From Perna viridis (taxonomy: Eukaryota), in contig CM074512.1 of NCBI GenBank assembly GCA_037379345.1, forward strand, positions 59,231,597 through 59,295,596: DNA of 64,000 nucleotides, given 5' to 3'. The position numbers and the translations under genes were made by a program. Of this stretch, positions 52,801 to 64,000 are shown piece by piece (within the stretch, counting starts at the first letter, position 1; each line of letters begins with the position of its first letter). Below the pieces are notes generated by a model. That model did no database searches. It saw nothing but the letters and a program-made list of their open reading frames with translations, and was not told the origin of the DNA.

Positions 52801-55800
52801 ACAGGTTTTCTGGTGATCAAAGCATAGTGGATAAATACTGTCCTTACCCAGTGCCATCTTATTATGAACTAGTCAAACTTACACAGTTGGTTAGTAACTT
52901 TTAAGCATTTTGTCAAATACTACATACTACACAATTCTGGACTTGTTGATGTGTATTACATAATACATTTTGTTATGCATATTATCCTTATTATATACTG
53001 TAATGATTTAACTTCTTTTAGTAGTGTGCATTGAGTTAATTAACCTGATGTCCTAACTATTAAAAACTTGATTATGCTTGTGAAGTATTGCATGCTTCTG
53101 CTGGAAATAATAAAAAAATTTACATGTAAGTATATGAGAAACCTGCTGTCAGACTAGAATTATTATTCATTACAGAACATTACCTACAAAAGTAAGACCT
53201 ATTATGGCAAGACCTATATAGAACCCTGCAAGACATATATGGACCATGGGGTGTTTCCTGATTCTAAACAGGCATCAAGAACAATTCTATGTTCCAAACC
53301 AGGACCAGTTACCAGTATATTTGAAATAACATCAAATTTTGGTACAAGTACACCATATTGGGTGGAAAAACATGAGAAGTGAGTTTATCAGCACATTAAA
53401 CATTTTTATTTATTTTTCTTCATGTCTGATATTATCTCAGGCTACTGCCATGATACTAAAAAATATTGGCAGTTTCCATTGGCAACATTATGTCAAGCAG
53501 ACTTTGACATTGCATGTGAAATAACCTCAGTTTTAATATCCTGATAAAACACCATTTCATCAAATGTCATCAGACTTGCTGTAATCTTCTCTATTTTGAA
53601 TTCAAAAACAGATACTGTTCTGTATATCATAAACAAGCAGTTGACACATCTAGATTATTATGATTGAATAGAAATAATGTTGTTGAATTAGAGCTTAACA
53701 TATGAGAAAAAAATCTGAGGCCAATTTCAACACTGATGCTCATAAAAAGTTGTATTTTTTTTTCTAGTTGTGTGTCAAAGAATGCTGCATGCCTGAATTG
53801 TACAAAGACTTGTGCTAAGAAGATGAGGCTTCAGGGAGGAGATTGTGGTGTTACTGATAAAGATAATGGTCGCTCTCCTAGATTACCACTGTGTATGACT
53901 TGCTGTGCCGATGCTAACTGTACAGACCTTTGTCAAACATACCATGATTATATTTGCCAGACAGAGCAGTAAGTTATCAATAAGACTATAAGATTAAAAC
54001 AAATTTAAACTTGATGTTACAACATCAGCATACAAGTTTACAAGTTTTTCATTTATAAATTTAACCTTAATCACATCATGATCAGTAATGTAATAGTTCC
54101 ACTGTGATATTTGAACAATGACGGCAACTTGGAAATGTAAAGGGCTAACTTATGATTTATTTTTGTATTTTGAGAAATTTACATCAGGGAATTGACCTTT
54201 TTATTTACAAGTTTAACCATTTACTATTGCTTATGATAAAATTAGAATATAATGGTTCAGTCTATGGTTAAATAATTTAATTTCAGTTGAAACATGCTTT
54301 CTCATTGGATAAAAATTTTTGTCCATCATCCATAGACCAGATTTTGTTACTGTGACGTCATCAACCTTTTTTGATGATTTAATTGTTAAATTTTGATACT
54401 GAAATATGAATTTAAGGAATGACTTGTATTTTTCAGTCTGTTTGAAATAACATCAAAGCCTGGAGTGCACACTTAAGAATAACTTGCTCTGCATCACATG
54501 ATTTAGATTATTTTTTCATTGACTGAAAAAATATGAGAGTCATTCCTTAAATGGTTAAAACTTAGTTTCTGTTACCCATCTGTTATCTCTTAAAGTTGTT
54601 AACATAATGTGATAATTGGCCAGTTTTTTACACCAACAGCTTGCTTTAATAGATATGCTTCCTTTCAGGTGTTTGGTAGGAGATCTCTTAGGTTTCCAGC
54701 TTCGTCCTGTATTTGTTAACCCAGAGGATGTGTATTGTCACATGTATCCTGCAGCCAATCAGAAAATTGCTGAAATTAATTACAAGGTCATGAACTATTA
54801 CAACACACTAGTGTCAAGGTCGTTTGTAGTCTATAGTGATGGTAGTTGGACAACATCAGGGAAGCTAGATACAGGGTAGGTCAAGACTGTAGGCATTGAT
54901 TTTGTTACCTAGTTTCAAATATGAAATATGCCTGCCTGGCTTTTGAAAATAAAAGTTTTTTTTCCCATTTTGTGTTATAATATACCTTATCCAAATTGCT
55001 CTGACTTTAAAACATTATTTTTTTAATGAGCTTTAGGTTTTATGCATTTAAATGAAACTTATATTTTTTTCTGTTTCTTAGGCATTGAACTTAGGCACTT
55101 TAAAAGATGTTTTTCATATAGTGAGGTCAATATTAATTTTTTGAGTCCAGTAGCCACCTGGGCTCCTAAACTATAAAATTAATTTGCCCAGAAAAAAAAA
55201 TTGGTAGCCCATACTTTTTCTGACAAAATTTTGGTTTGTAAAAAAACTTGTTTAAAGGTATGAACTATTTGTTCATTGTTGAAGATCCTCATCCTCAAGA
55301 TGCAGAACAGGAATAAAAGCCCTGTTCCTTGATAATTTTTATTTTTTTCACTGTATAGTGTGATTCGTTGTCACAGACACACACATTCACTCTTTTACTC
55401 TATAGCCTCCCTATTTATGTGCGTCATGGAAAACCTTAAAATGTGCAGTTGAAGTTAAAAATTTACTTTTGATAATATATCTCTTTCAATGAATTAAAAT
55501 TATACAACCAATTCATATAATTTCAAAACTTTAATACATGAAACAGTAAACTGAGTATTCTAGAGATTAATTTTGTTCAGATTCTGAACAAATTAATCTC
55601 TAGAATATTCAAACAGTCTTGCAAAAACCCCAGAAATAAAATACCACATTTTACGGAATACCCGATGAGGAAATTAATAAGCAATTCTAAATAAGAAACC
55701 GACATCGGTTATGAATGATTTCTGTATTTTTAGAACTGGTTACCAATAAAATTTAACTAAAGGCATGATGTTTCCTATCGAATGGTAACCAGTTAAAACT

Positions 55801-58800
55801 CCGACTGCAACTTTTGTTTACAAAATTTTTTTTTGCAAATGCCAGCTGGGCTACTAAAATAGAAAAAATGATTGCCCAGGCACATTTCTGGTCGCCATTG
55901 ACGGATGGGCGACCAATAATTTTTTCCCCTGGAACACCTTGTGAACCTGTAGAAATAGACATTTTGTTACATTTTCAATAATAGTATTTGGGTAAATGCT
56001 TGTTCAACTGAAAATTGATTAAGAAGATAAAAACAATTTTCTGTTAGCTTACCTTTAGAAAGTAGCTTTCCAGTTTTGTATTTTTAGAGATGAGATAGTT
56101 GACATTGAGGTAGATTCCAAGGTCAGACAGATCCCTGACTTTATCAAAGTGTTAACGGGGAGAAAGGAGATAGAAGCAGGACAATACAAAAGTCATACTG
56201 CTAGTGTGTCTACCCTGTACACTGAAACTATAGGACTGTGTAGGCCTGATCTACCATTCAGCACCACTTCTGAATCATTTGGTAAGGTTATCAGGATAGG
56301 TGTAACTTTCCACTATGGTTGTGTATGCTCTTTCTTTTATTCCTTGTTGCAAAATAGTTTAAACTTTCATACCCTCGCTCCAAAGGAGAGGGGGTTTACT
56401 GCTTTACCCTGTTCATAAGTTTTTTTCATCACAGCGGCTTGAAATTTTAACACATTCTTCTTATAGGTATGCCCAGGGACTTTATATTACTAATATACAC
56501 TCCATGGTATGCCGAATGGTGGGATCCATTTTTGGCAAAATTCAACAACATCTTCCTGTTTACCAAGGACTGTTTTCCTTATATCTTGATTGAAAGTGGC
56601 CTGATATCACTAGTGAGCCATCACTCACAGATTTCTTGTTTAACCATTTTCATTGACCACTCAACATATGAAATGTACAATTTCCAGGCAAAAACTCTAG
56701 AATGAATTACTCTGAAAGTACAATTGTTTGTGGGGTATCAATTTTCATGGTTTTCGTGGGTAGGGAAAAGGAGATTTCCATTGATATGTGTACTAAACAC
56801 CTCAAAACCATGAATTCAAAAATCCATTAACAAGTGTTTATTTTTTAATCCAAGAAAATTGGTATCCACCAATTAAAGTACTTTTACAGTAAGAATTTTC
56901 TGAAACAAAACTGTATCAGAGTCATTCCTATACTCAAATACCTATTAAGTACAAAAGCATGAATGTGAGTGAGTATGAATACTACTCATAATAGCGAAAA
57001 AAGAATGCAGCTTTGAAAATGTTCTCACTATTTCTGTTTCAGCTAAGCACTCCTGTGATGATGAAGTTCTCTCTAACCTGATTATAGCTACTGGGTTAGA
57101 TGAACCATTTGTCAAATTCCCTGGAAAAGTAGATCATATCCATGACAACTATACATACACTGTTTCTTCAGAAGATTCAACCAACTTACCAAATATGAAA
57201 ATTACTGTTAATCGAAAGAAATCTCTGCTGGAGTCACTGTTTCCAATGGCAACATTACAGTTTGAGAACCTACTTGGAAATATATCCCATAATGCAACTC
57301 ATTGGGTTGTGAATTTGACTGGAAGAATTGAAAAATGCCCAGGTGGACATTTTTAAAAAAAATTATGTTCCCTTTAGATAGTAGAAAATTTATTATTTAC
57401 TTAGAGAATACATATCCATTAAAAATGAGTCAATATTTTTTAGAATAAAAACCTTAGACACCATATTAATACACATACTTTCAATGTGAGACTGTATTTG
57501 TAATTGGATTAAGTGTTCTTCTGTTTATTTTTCACAGTTTTGGGAGATTTAAATGAAACTTTTAGGAAATGATTATTTGGATTTAATAATTAAAAAAAAA
57601 AAAAAAAAAAAAAAAAGAATCAGGGTTCCCATAAGCATGACATAGACATAACTATGATAGTAGGGATATCATTTTGTATCTGTGATTCCTTCTTTACTGC
57701 TGGATAGATTTTATGAAATTTTGAGGAAATGGTAAGTTGATGCCATTGTGCACATGGGATTTTGATTTGTTTATCTAAATGAATGAAGGGTTACCATTTA
57801 TAGTGTAACGTTGTCTTCAACATTAACTCTGATAGGTTTATGATTTTTGTTTAGGCTTTATTTTGACTAGAAATTTGACATGGACTAAAAAGAGAAGCCT
57901 GTTCTGTGTCTTCGAAATCTTTTAACATTTTTTTTTTAATTCTACCTTTAATCTGACTAAGGTTTGAGTTTATATCAAAATTTAAATTCTGAGGAACATT
58001 TACACATTCTAGTTTCAAAAATTGATCATTGCTTTTTTTAGTGTTGGAAATGTAATAAAGTTAGCATGATGTTGACAGTTCATTTAAATACAATCATTTA
58101 TTTCAGGTGTTTTGGGTATCAACTTAACAGATCCTGGTTACCCAGATGAACCTTTGTACCAGTACATGATAGAAGTCACATGCCCAGAAAAGTTTGATTT
58201 GACCTTTGGTTTACCTACTGGTGACAAGCCTTTCCTCAACAAAGAAGTTGTTCTTAGTGTCAAGGACAAAAAATATATGCATCAACTATTTGTGTTCAAA
58301 CCAGCTTCAAAGAAAATATACTATACTCAAGGTGAGAGAATATTGTATTATTGCAAAAAAAAAAATGAAATTTCAGCTTAGAAGTTGATATATTCTCAGG
58401 CCATATAAATATAGAGGGTTGTACAGAGCTTTTTAAGAACTAAAAGCGAAGTCATTTTAATTTAGGGTTATAATTTGCATTGAAAGAATGATAAAAGGCT
58501 ATCAAATGCACTGATTTCAATGTGTTATAAATTACAATGTGTATTGAAATGTGTGCAAGGCCCTTTTGTTCTAAAACTTTCATACCAATTTTGGACCAGC
58601 TGAAATCAGGCAAAATTGAAGAGTGGTCTACTCAGATATTAGAGAGTTGGGGAACAATTTGCATCTTGTTTTGCTTTGCTTAAAGTTAACAGATTTCAGT
58701 AGGATTTTATCAAAAGATAGTGTAAGAACCCCTAATTTAGCTTTTTTATAACTCATTTTAGACCCTTGGTAAGCTGTTTTCTTTCTTGGGTTTTAGGGTC

Positions 58801-61800
58801 AACAACAGGACAGATGGCAGCCTCAAAAGACCCACAGAAACCATCTCATTTCTCCATACCATTTATAGCATCTGTAGTGGGTGTTGTCATGTTACTACTG
58901 TTTATAACCTCATTTGGAATGATGGTTGTATTTGGTAAGTTTTTATACTCTGCCACACAAAGTAACAAGGTCTTAAGTGATAATCGCCAAAATATGACAT
59001 ATTCCATCTGTCTGTCCCTCGCCCCCAGTTTCCAGACAGTTACTTATAGATATATCATATGATCTATAATCAGGCAAATTTTGAACTTCAGTGTTGCTCG
59101 GATTATTAACACTAAAGTATTGGCCATTTCAAGTTGTTTTTTGTTTTTTGTTTTTTTTTATGATGAGTTATCTTTCATTGAACAATGAGAAATTAGAGTT
59201 TGATCTAATGTTACTATGTGATAATTTTTAATTAAGCATGTGTCCTTGGATATTAACTACAACACAACACAGAAGGGTAAATTTAATGTCCCATTAGATG
59301 TCCTTTTTGAGACACTATTATTTTGAAGAATGTTGCCTATTATAGGTAGTATTTTAATGTTATATTAAACTTGGCCTGCTCAGATTAATACATGGAAATC
59401 CCTGTTGAATTAGTGCTTTTATTATTATACACTGGTTATATTGAATATTTCTGTCTATCTACAGGTCAGCCAACTAGTGATGTGTTAATATTTATTATTA
59501 TACACTGGTTATATTGAATATTTCTGTCTATCTACAGGTCAACCAACTAGTGATGTGTTAATATTTATTATTATACACTGGTTATATTGAATATTTCTGT
59601 CTATCTACAGGTCAGCCAACTAGTGATGTGTTAAGATTTAACTGGTGCCACCTGGTGTTGATGGTTGGTTACATTTCCTTCCAGTTTCTCTTTGCCATTT
59701 GTGCTTCTATGACTGTGTTTGTTTTAGTGATTGTGGCTGTAAATAGGTAAAAAAAATAGATTTTTTTTTAATAATTTTACCCTGCTTTTGAATTGATTAA
59801 AGTGAGCACGGGAAATCTTGTGTCAAGATTCACCAAATGTTTTATGCAATTTCTTTTGATATGGCTAAATATTTTAGTAGTTTTAAATTTGTGCATTTCT
59901 CGGGAAAATGAAGATTTTAGTCTAATTAGTAGGGTTTATCTTACCCATCAAAGCATTGAAAATAGATATATTAACAGTCAAGTCTGTCTAAACTTGACCC
60001 TGAATAGATTGTTAACTTGCATGAAGTGAATTAAACAGATCAATTAAGACAGGTTGTAAATGTATTAATTTTTGTGGTCTACTAATTTTCTCTTGGTACG
60101 CCTTTGACGAAAGAGCTAAAAATAATAATAAACACGAAATTATTTTTTAACACTATGAAACACTTTTCATTTTTTTAAGTGCGAAAATTGATATCCACTG
60201 ATATGGTCACTTGACAGAATCCGCAAAAATTAGCAACTGTGAAAATTAATACTTTTATAATTGTCTGTGAAATGCATTAGTCTTGTAAGTCTTCTGTCTT
60301 TACCAATATAAATGCCTGTATTCCAAAGACAAAAAAAAGCAATTGAGTAAATGCCACTTTGAATTGATTTGTAGTGATACAACAGCTTTCTTGAAGAACT
60401 ACCAACAACAGAGATCTGTGAAGTCAGCCTTTACTCACTTAGAGATGGACCACATGGAGAGATATCTCAAGACAGAGATACAGAGACAGAACTCAGCAGC
60501 TAATCTCAGTAAACATGAATGTGATCAGCAAATGTTGATCATTATAGAAAACCTTAATGAGGTAATCAAATATTGTTATTTATGATATTATTAACAAGTA
60601 TAGAGTTTGGTCTTATATGTAAACTTGATAAAATCTAGATGAATATTTATGTAGATACACAAGGCAGCTTGAAGTTTGATACAAGCTAAAACATTTGTAC
60701 TTGTATTTAGATATGTTTATTGACAGATAAAAATTAACCGTACTAAAGTTTGAAATCATCCAACATGAACTGAGTTAGCTGAAGTTAGGATTACTTGAAT
60801 AGATGATGATATAACTTACTGTTTACTCCCATTATAAAGTATTACCTCTAAAAAAATATTATTCTCTTCCATAATTCTTATAGCTTCAGAAGGAAATAGA
60901 GAAGAATATAACGGATGATATAGAGAAAAAGGATATTAGAGGATTACTATCAAAACAGATCACATCTTTGTCACAGAAGTTTGTAAATAATGTTGCCGCA
61001 TTTAAGTAAGTGTACCATATTTTCAGCTTTTACAATTACCTTATTGTTCAATAATTCAGTTAGATGTCGCTGTTTCTGACTACTGTCTGTTTAGTTAACT
61101 TGTTATAAAATGAAGAAAAAAAACTATTGCCTTACATGATTTATTAGTCCGCTAATGGGGACTTTCATTGAAGGGGACTTTAGGATTGTGCTCTGTCCAT
61201 CTGTCCATCAATTTGGCAAGTCAGTTTTCTGCACTTTTTTTCTCATGCTTACTATTAATATATGATACATTGCTTTACCATGACAAGTTACAGATCTAGT
61301 TCACACTTTGTTTTGTTCTGCTGATTTTATGCTGATTTATGGTCCTTTGACTTAGAAAGTAAATGCAAAGACTCAGTTATCACTTCTTTTTCCTCATGCT
61401 TTTTGATGTAAGGTAGATATTTTTTATCTGTAACTTAACCATGACAAGTTACAGTTCAAGGTTGAATTTTGTTCTCGTTCATTTATTTTCACTGAGTAAT
61501 GCCCCTTAGACTTGGAAAATTAATGCAGTTTTCCACACTTTTCTTGTTAACAAATTATGCATGAATTTTGCATTCTGTTCTCTTCGACAAAAATTTCTTC
61601 CAGTAGGGGACTTTGTATTTCCATGTGATACTCTCAAAATGCTTGTAGAGGTTATTATAAGAATAAAACAATGTAGTATGCAGTGAGTAAAGTAATTACA
61701 ATCATACATTCAGACCTGATTTTAATAGTGCAAAAAATCCTAAATAAGTCATTGATAGGAGTCGTGGTAGAAGTTTTCTTCAGTTCAGGAATAATTTTTT

Positions 61801-62401
61801 TCCTCATGAATTTAGTACTACCTGGTCAAAGACTTAACACTTGACATCATGGTAATTTTATTTTCATAATTCTTGGAATTTACTATGACATTACATTGGT
61901 GTCAAATCCAAACCCAACTATTTTAACTCGTACATATACACTTTTAGTAACCCATTTTTTATGTTGAAGATCTGGCTTGGCTCTCATACTAAAACCATTT
62001 GTGGTATAACGGCCACCTAAACAACAATCAGTTTGTTTCATCAACACATTCTCATATGATTAGAATAGAAGTGATATTCAATTGAAATTGAACTCTTGAA
62101 CATATAATTATTCTATGCTTCATGATTTGTATTATGTGATATTTATTTCATGTCATATGAATAAAATGAAAATTGTTCTATTTATGTAGAGAAAGGTTTG
62201 ATAGCTACACTAAGTTTATGGGAAAAAAATTTTCTACTGACTTAAAGAAAACATATCGAAGTATTGAGAAAAACAAATGGTTAGCAACTGCTCAGTTTCT
62301 CAGAAGATCTGTCAAAAATGTACGTGACCTGGAGTTCTTACCAACAAGGCCATTTACTGAGTGGCTTGGAATACAGGAAGATTTGACTAAGTTGGCTTTA
62401 G
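43811..62401 (+). CDS. ORF B (exons 7-25, 3'-incomplete): uncharacterised multi-pass membrane protein with signal-like segment, EGF, Ca-binding EGF, 3 TNFR-like Cys modules, Cys-rich ectodomain, 2+ TMs and helical region (>1030 aa)
   Basis: Exons 43811-44013, 46100-46237, 46513-46635, 47385-47459, 48768-48842, 49946-50020, 52086-52205, 52711-52889, 53176-53378, 53768-53968, 54669-54875, 56088-56281, 57043-57342, 58107-58331, 58797-58934, 59611-59746, 60375-60561, 60884-61005 and 62190-62401. Every junction is GT-AG and phase-compatible, with no internal stop. Confidence 0.85.
44335..44394 (-). mobile_element. 5'-truncated 60-bp copy of the SINE at 5895-6406 with 13-bp TSD
   Basis: Reverse complement of gctgaaatattgctgctcggacgttaaacc plus a caa tail, flanked by aaacaatattttg at 44322-44334 and 44395-44407. 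Confidence 0.8.
45249..46040 (+). mobile_element. HINE-like element interrupted by a Penelope-like fragment
   Basis: Head tttttatacccccc...ggggggta (to 45290). The element resumes at 45821 with ctgtccgtaacc... and ends gcgggggtattctcagtgag...ctcacag. Confidence 0.55.
45291..45820 (+). mobile_element. 3' fragment of Penelope-like retroelement (RT C-terminus plus tail)
   Basis: IPSAPA/YGVFISQHIHYARAC...RLLEQGYVATRLKSSLQKFYGRHHELVD (ORF 45273-45539), homologous to the - strand element near 12.4-12.5 kb. The tail recurs at 28188 and 37413. Confidence 0.8.
46100..46635 (+). CDS. ORF B exons 8-9: EGF-like and calcium-binding EGF domains
   Basis: CSTVQCEHGCDENNGNCICKKGYRLDAKGVCQ and DVNECRSVIHRCHENADCLDREGSYQCHCSGYYYGDGKTC (D-x-N-E-C cbEGF consensus). 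Both are phase 1-1 exons. Confidence 0.92.
47385..50020 (+). CDS. ORF B exons 10-12: three 75-nt TNFR-like cysteine modules
   Basis: ECAAPCGEGTYEFQPCSQNQKKICL, DCTKECAKGFYMTRRCHAQGDSVCR and MCHKKCEKEEFESSRCTDVTNRVCQ, each exactly 75 nt, phase 1-1, with good splice sites. Confidence 0.85.
48285..48552 (+). mobile_element. Old SINE remnant (Meta-domain-like bivalve SINE, tentative)
   Basis: gccaagcaggcagcac...gtggagtgacatg...gtacaaagcagg, ending in an (aatc)n tail. The family assignment is from recollection of similar elements, not from a search. Confidence 0.45.
48633..48730. repeat. 25-bp tandem repeat, ~4 copies
   Basis: tgtatttcatcctaaatattatacc x3.9, with one a>g variant. Confidence 0.92.
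50219..51552. mobile_element. Tc1/mariner-pogo-type MITE containing an inverted copy of the same family (inner copy 50814-51483)
   Basis: Outer element TA|CAGTCAAACC...GTTCGACTG|TA; inner element TA|CAGTCGAACT...GGTTTGACTG|TA. 50219-50813 is a diverged inverted copy of ~50882-51483. Confidence 0.85.
54411..54551. mobile_element. Short MITE with 14-bp perfect terminal inverted repeats
   Basis: tttaaggaatgact ... agtcattccttaaa. Confidence 0.65.
55553..55610. repeat. Near-perfect 58-bp palindrome
   Basis: gagtattctagagattaattttgttcaga-t-tctgaacaaattaatctctagaatattc, with one mismatch and one bulge. Confidence 0.85.
56365..56640 (+). mobile_element. Degenerate HINE-like element
   Basis: Head ataccctcgctccaaaggagagggggt and tail tagtgagccatcactcacagatttcttgtt; same layout as 45249-46040. 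Confidence 0.5.
56708..56891. mobile_element. TA-flanked MITE (TACTGT...ACAGTA family)
   Basis: tactctgaaagtac ... gtacttttacagta. Confidence 0.7.
58797..59746 (+). CDS. ORF B exons 21-22: two transmembrane segments
   Basis: FSIPFIASVVGVVMLLLFITSFGMMVVFG and WCHLVLMVGYISFQFLFAICASMTVFVLVIVAV, separated by the short loop GQPTSDVLRFN. Confidence 0.85.
59418..59634 (+). repeat. 73-bp tandem triplication spanning an intron/exon boundary
   Basis: Copies at 59418, 59491 and 59564, each containing tctatctacag|GTCARCCAACTAGTGATGTGTTAA. Confidence 0.95.
61140..61640 (+). mobile_element. Degenerate HINE-like element
   Basis: Head ttattagtcc...ggggact, a ctgtccatctgtccatc microsatellite, duplicated ccatgacaagttacag units (~61278 and ~61439) and terminal aggggactttgtatt. 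Confidence 0.5.
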
Positions 62402-62544
62402 GTAATTTTGTTTTAAAAATTCTTTGCTAATAAAATTTGTAAGTGACTTATTGGAGTTCAGGATAGACTTTGTGTTACTTGCCTATGGCAGCACAGAGTT
62501 ACAAAATATGTTAAATGAGTTTCAAAATACTGTGAACAGTGGTA

Positions 62545-63790
62545 TTTACTAGTCAATGCCGACAAAACAAAAATACTTTTATTTTCATAAGGTGCAATAG
62601 CAAATAGCCTCCATTTTACTCTAAATGGTAAGGAAGTTGAAATTGTAAAAGATTACAAATATCTTGGTTTATATTTCGCTAAAAATTCGGTTTGAAAGTT
62701 ATGTATGGTGTATTGAGAAAATCTAGACGAAACAAGCTATCAATAGTTTGGCAACTAGACATTTTGATAAATGCATTGTTCCTATATTACTATATGGCTC
62801 TGAGATTTGGACATTTGAAAACAAAGACATTTTAGAGCGTCTACATTAAAAATTTTGCCAAAAAATTTTACATTTAAAACAGTCAACTCCAGACTTCATT
62901 GTATATGCCGAGCTGGGACAATATCCTTTAGAGGTAACAGCAAAGGCTCAATTGGTATATTTTTGGGGTAGCTTTATATCAGGGAAACACAGCCAAATAT
63001 CTACTGTGAAAGTACTTTAATTTGTGGATACCAATTTTCGTGGATTAGGAAAGAAATGCAAGTTCTTGAATTCGGGGTTTGGAGGTTTTCAGTATACACA
63101 TCGATGGACATCTTCTTTTCATTGGGAACCAAAATTCATGGTTTGGCCTACCCACGAAATCCACAAAAATCGGTACCTCACAAACAATAAAACTTTCACA
63201 GTAGTTTGTTGTACAGGCTATAATAATTAACTATATAATTGTGGTATTGACAGTGGCTGTCATTTATCAAAAACATTTTAGACAACTGTGGTGTGTCTTA
63301 TTTATGGAATATGCAATATGCAGACAAAGGTGTTTCAAAATATATTGAGCAGATTCTTAAAGATCAGTTCGCTCATTTGTGATTATCTCAGATAAACGAA
63401 TCGCCAAAATGTCTCTGTTGTAGACTATACAAAAAAAAAGGATCAATTTGAAAAATATCTTGAACTATTACCAGATAATTTGTTATTTACATTATGCAAA
63501 TTTAAATGTGGTAGTCACCGTTTGCCAATTGAGACAGGAAGGTGGTAGGGTGCTCCAAGGAATGAGAGAGACTGTCAACTTTACAACTCGAGTGACATTT
63601 TGTGGCAAATTACATTCTATCTTGAAAATATTTTTCTTTTGATAGGAAAAAATTACTTCCTGGGTATTGTTGGAAAAATCCTCATATGTTTAAGTTTGGT
63701 AATCTGTTCAACACAACAAATATCATAATTTTAGAAAAATTAAGCAAATTTTTAAAGTTGATAAATATGAAAGTCAGTCATCAGGGTTAA
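62545..63790 (+). mobile_element. Decayed LINE 3' part (RT C-terminal region), interrupted by a MITE
   Basis: EIVKDYKYLGLYF, FDKCIVPILLYGSEIWTFEN, KQSTPDFIVYAELGQYPL and KCGSHRLPIETGRW-like segments, with stops and frameshifts. Confidence 0.75.
63002..63203. mobile_element. TA-flanked MITE inserted into the LINE remnant
   Basis: tactgtgaaagt ... actttcacagta. Removing it plus one TA restores caaatatcTAgtttgttgtac (QISSLLY) in the LINE frame. Confidence 0.8.
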
Positions 63791-64000
63791 TCTTCTTAAT
63801 TTATTAAGTATTGTATTTTTCAGGCATGCATATAATTGTTATACATTATTGTATATATGTTTCTCTTTAACTATGTAATATGTAGTTTATGAGAATTAAG
63901 TTACTCATTATTTGGTGTTCTGATTTGATTTACAGCAAATAACAATCTTATTTTTCCTATTAATTACTTATTAATTTATGGTATGTTTGATTTTATTTGT

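Noticed and set aside
58762-58768. Possible micro-exon ttttag|ACCCTTG|gtaagc
   Set aside because: Seven nt would break the frame, and the following intron would be only 28 nt.
1-64000. Prokaryotic-style systems (operons, CRISPR, defence islands), tRNA/rRNA genes, and the remaining 60-140 aa ORFs in the track
   Set aside because: The window is intron-rich eukaryotic DNA. I saw no tRNA or rRNA signatures, and the remaining short ORFs have AT-rich random composition without splice-phase support.

Overview
AT-rich, CpG-poor eukaryotic DNA. The repeat content (HINE-type elements, TA-target MITEs, SINEs with caaa/aatc tails, frequent TACATGTA) suggests a bivalve, probably an oyster; this is an inference. 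I reconstructed by hand 25 phase-consistent GT-AG coding exons on the + strand from 26098 to 62401, and the ORF is still open at the last exon found. Exons 1-6 encode an ~844-aa type I membrane protein with a signal peptide, a ~90-aa ectodomain, one TM and a ~700-aa disordered Ser/Pro-rich tail carrying PPxY, YxxPhi and DSGxxS motifs. Exons 7-25 encode a >1000-aa protein with a signal-like segment, 2 EGF modules, 3 TNFR-like Cys modules, a large Cys-rich ectodomain, at least 2 TMs and a helical region. The junction between the two is the most unusual feature. One donor (43567) overlaps the upstream stop codon and would fuse both ORFs into a >1880-aa polyprotein with an internal signal sequence. 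A second donor (43682) keeps the stop and builds the downstream ATG across the splice (AT^G). A probable small secreted-protein gene lies head-to-head on the - strand (20986 to 10928). Also present: a triplicated 3' splice site, a minimal hammerhead ribozyme in intron 1, a MITE inserted in inverted orientation into a copy of its own family, SINEs with exact target-site duplications, and CR1-like and Penelope-like remnants. All gene models come from sequence inspection only; no searches were run.
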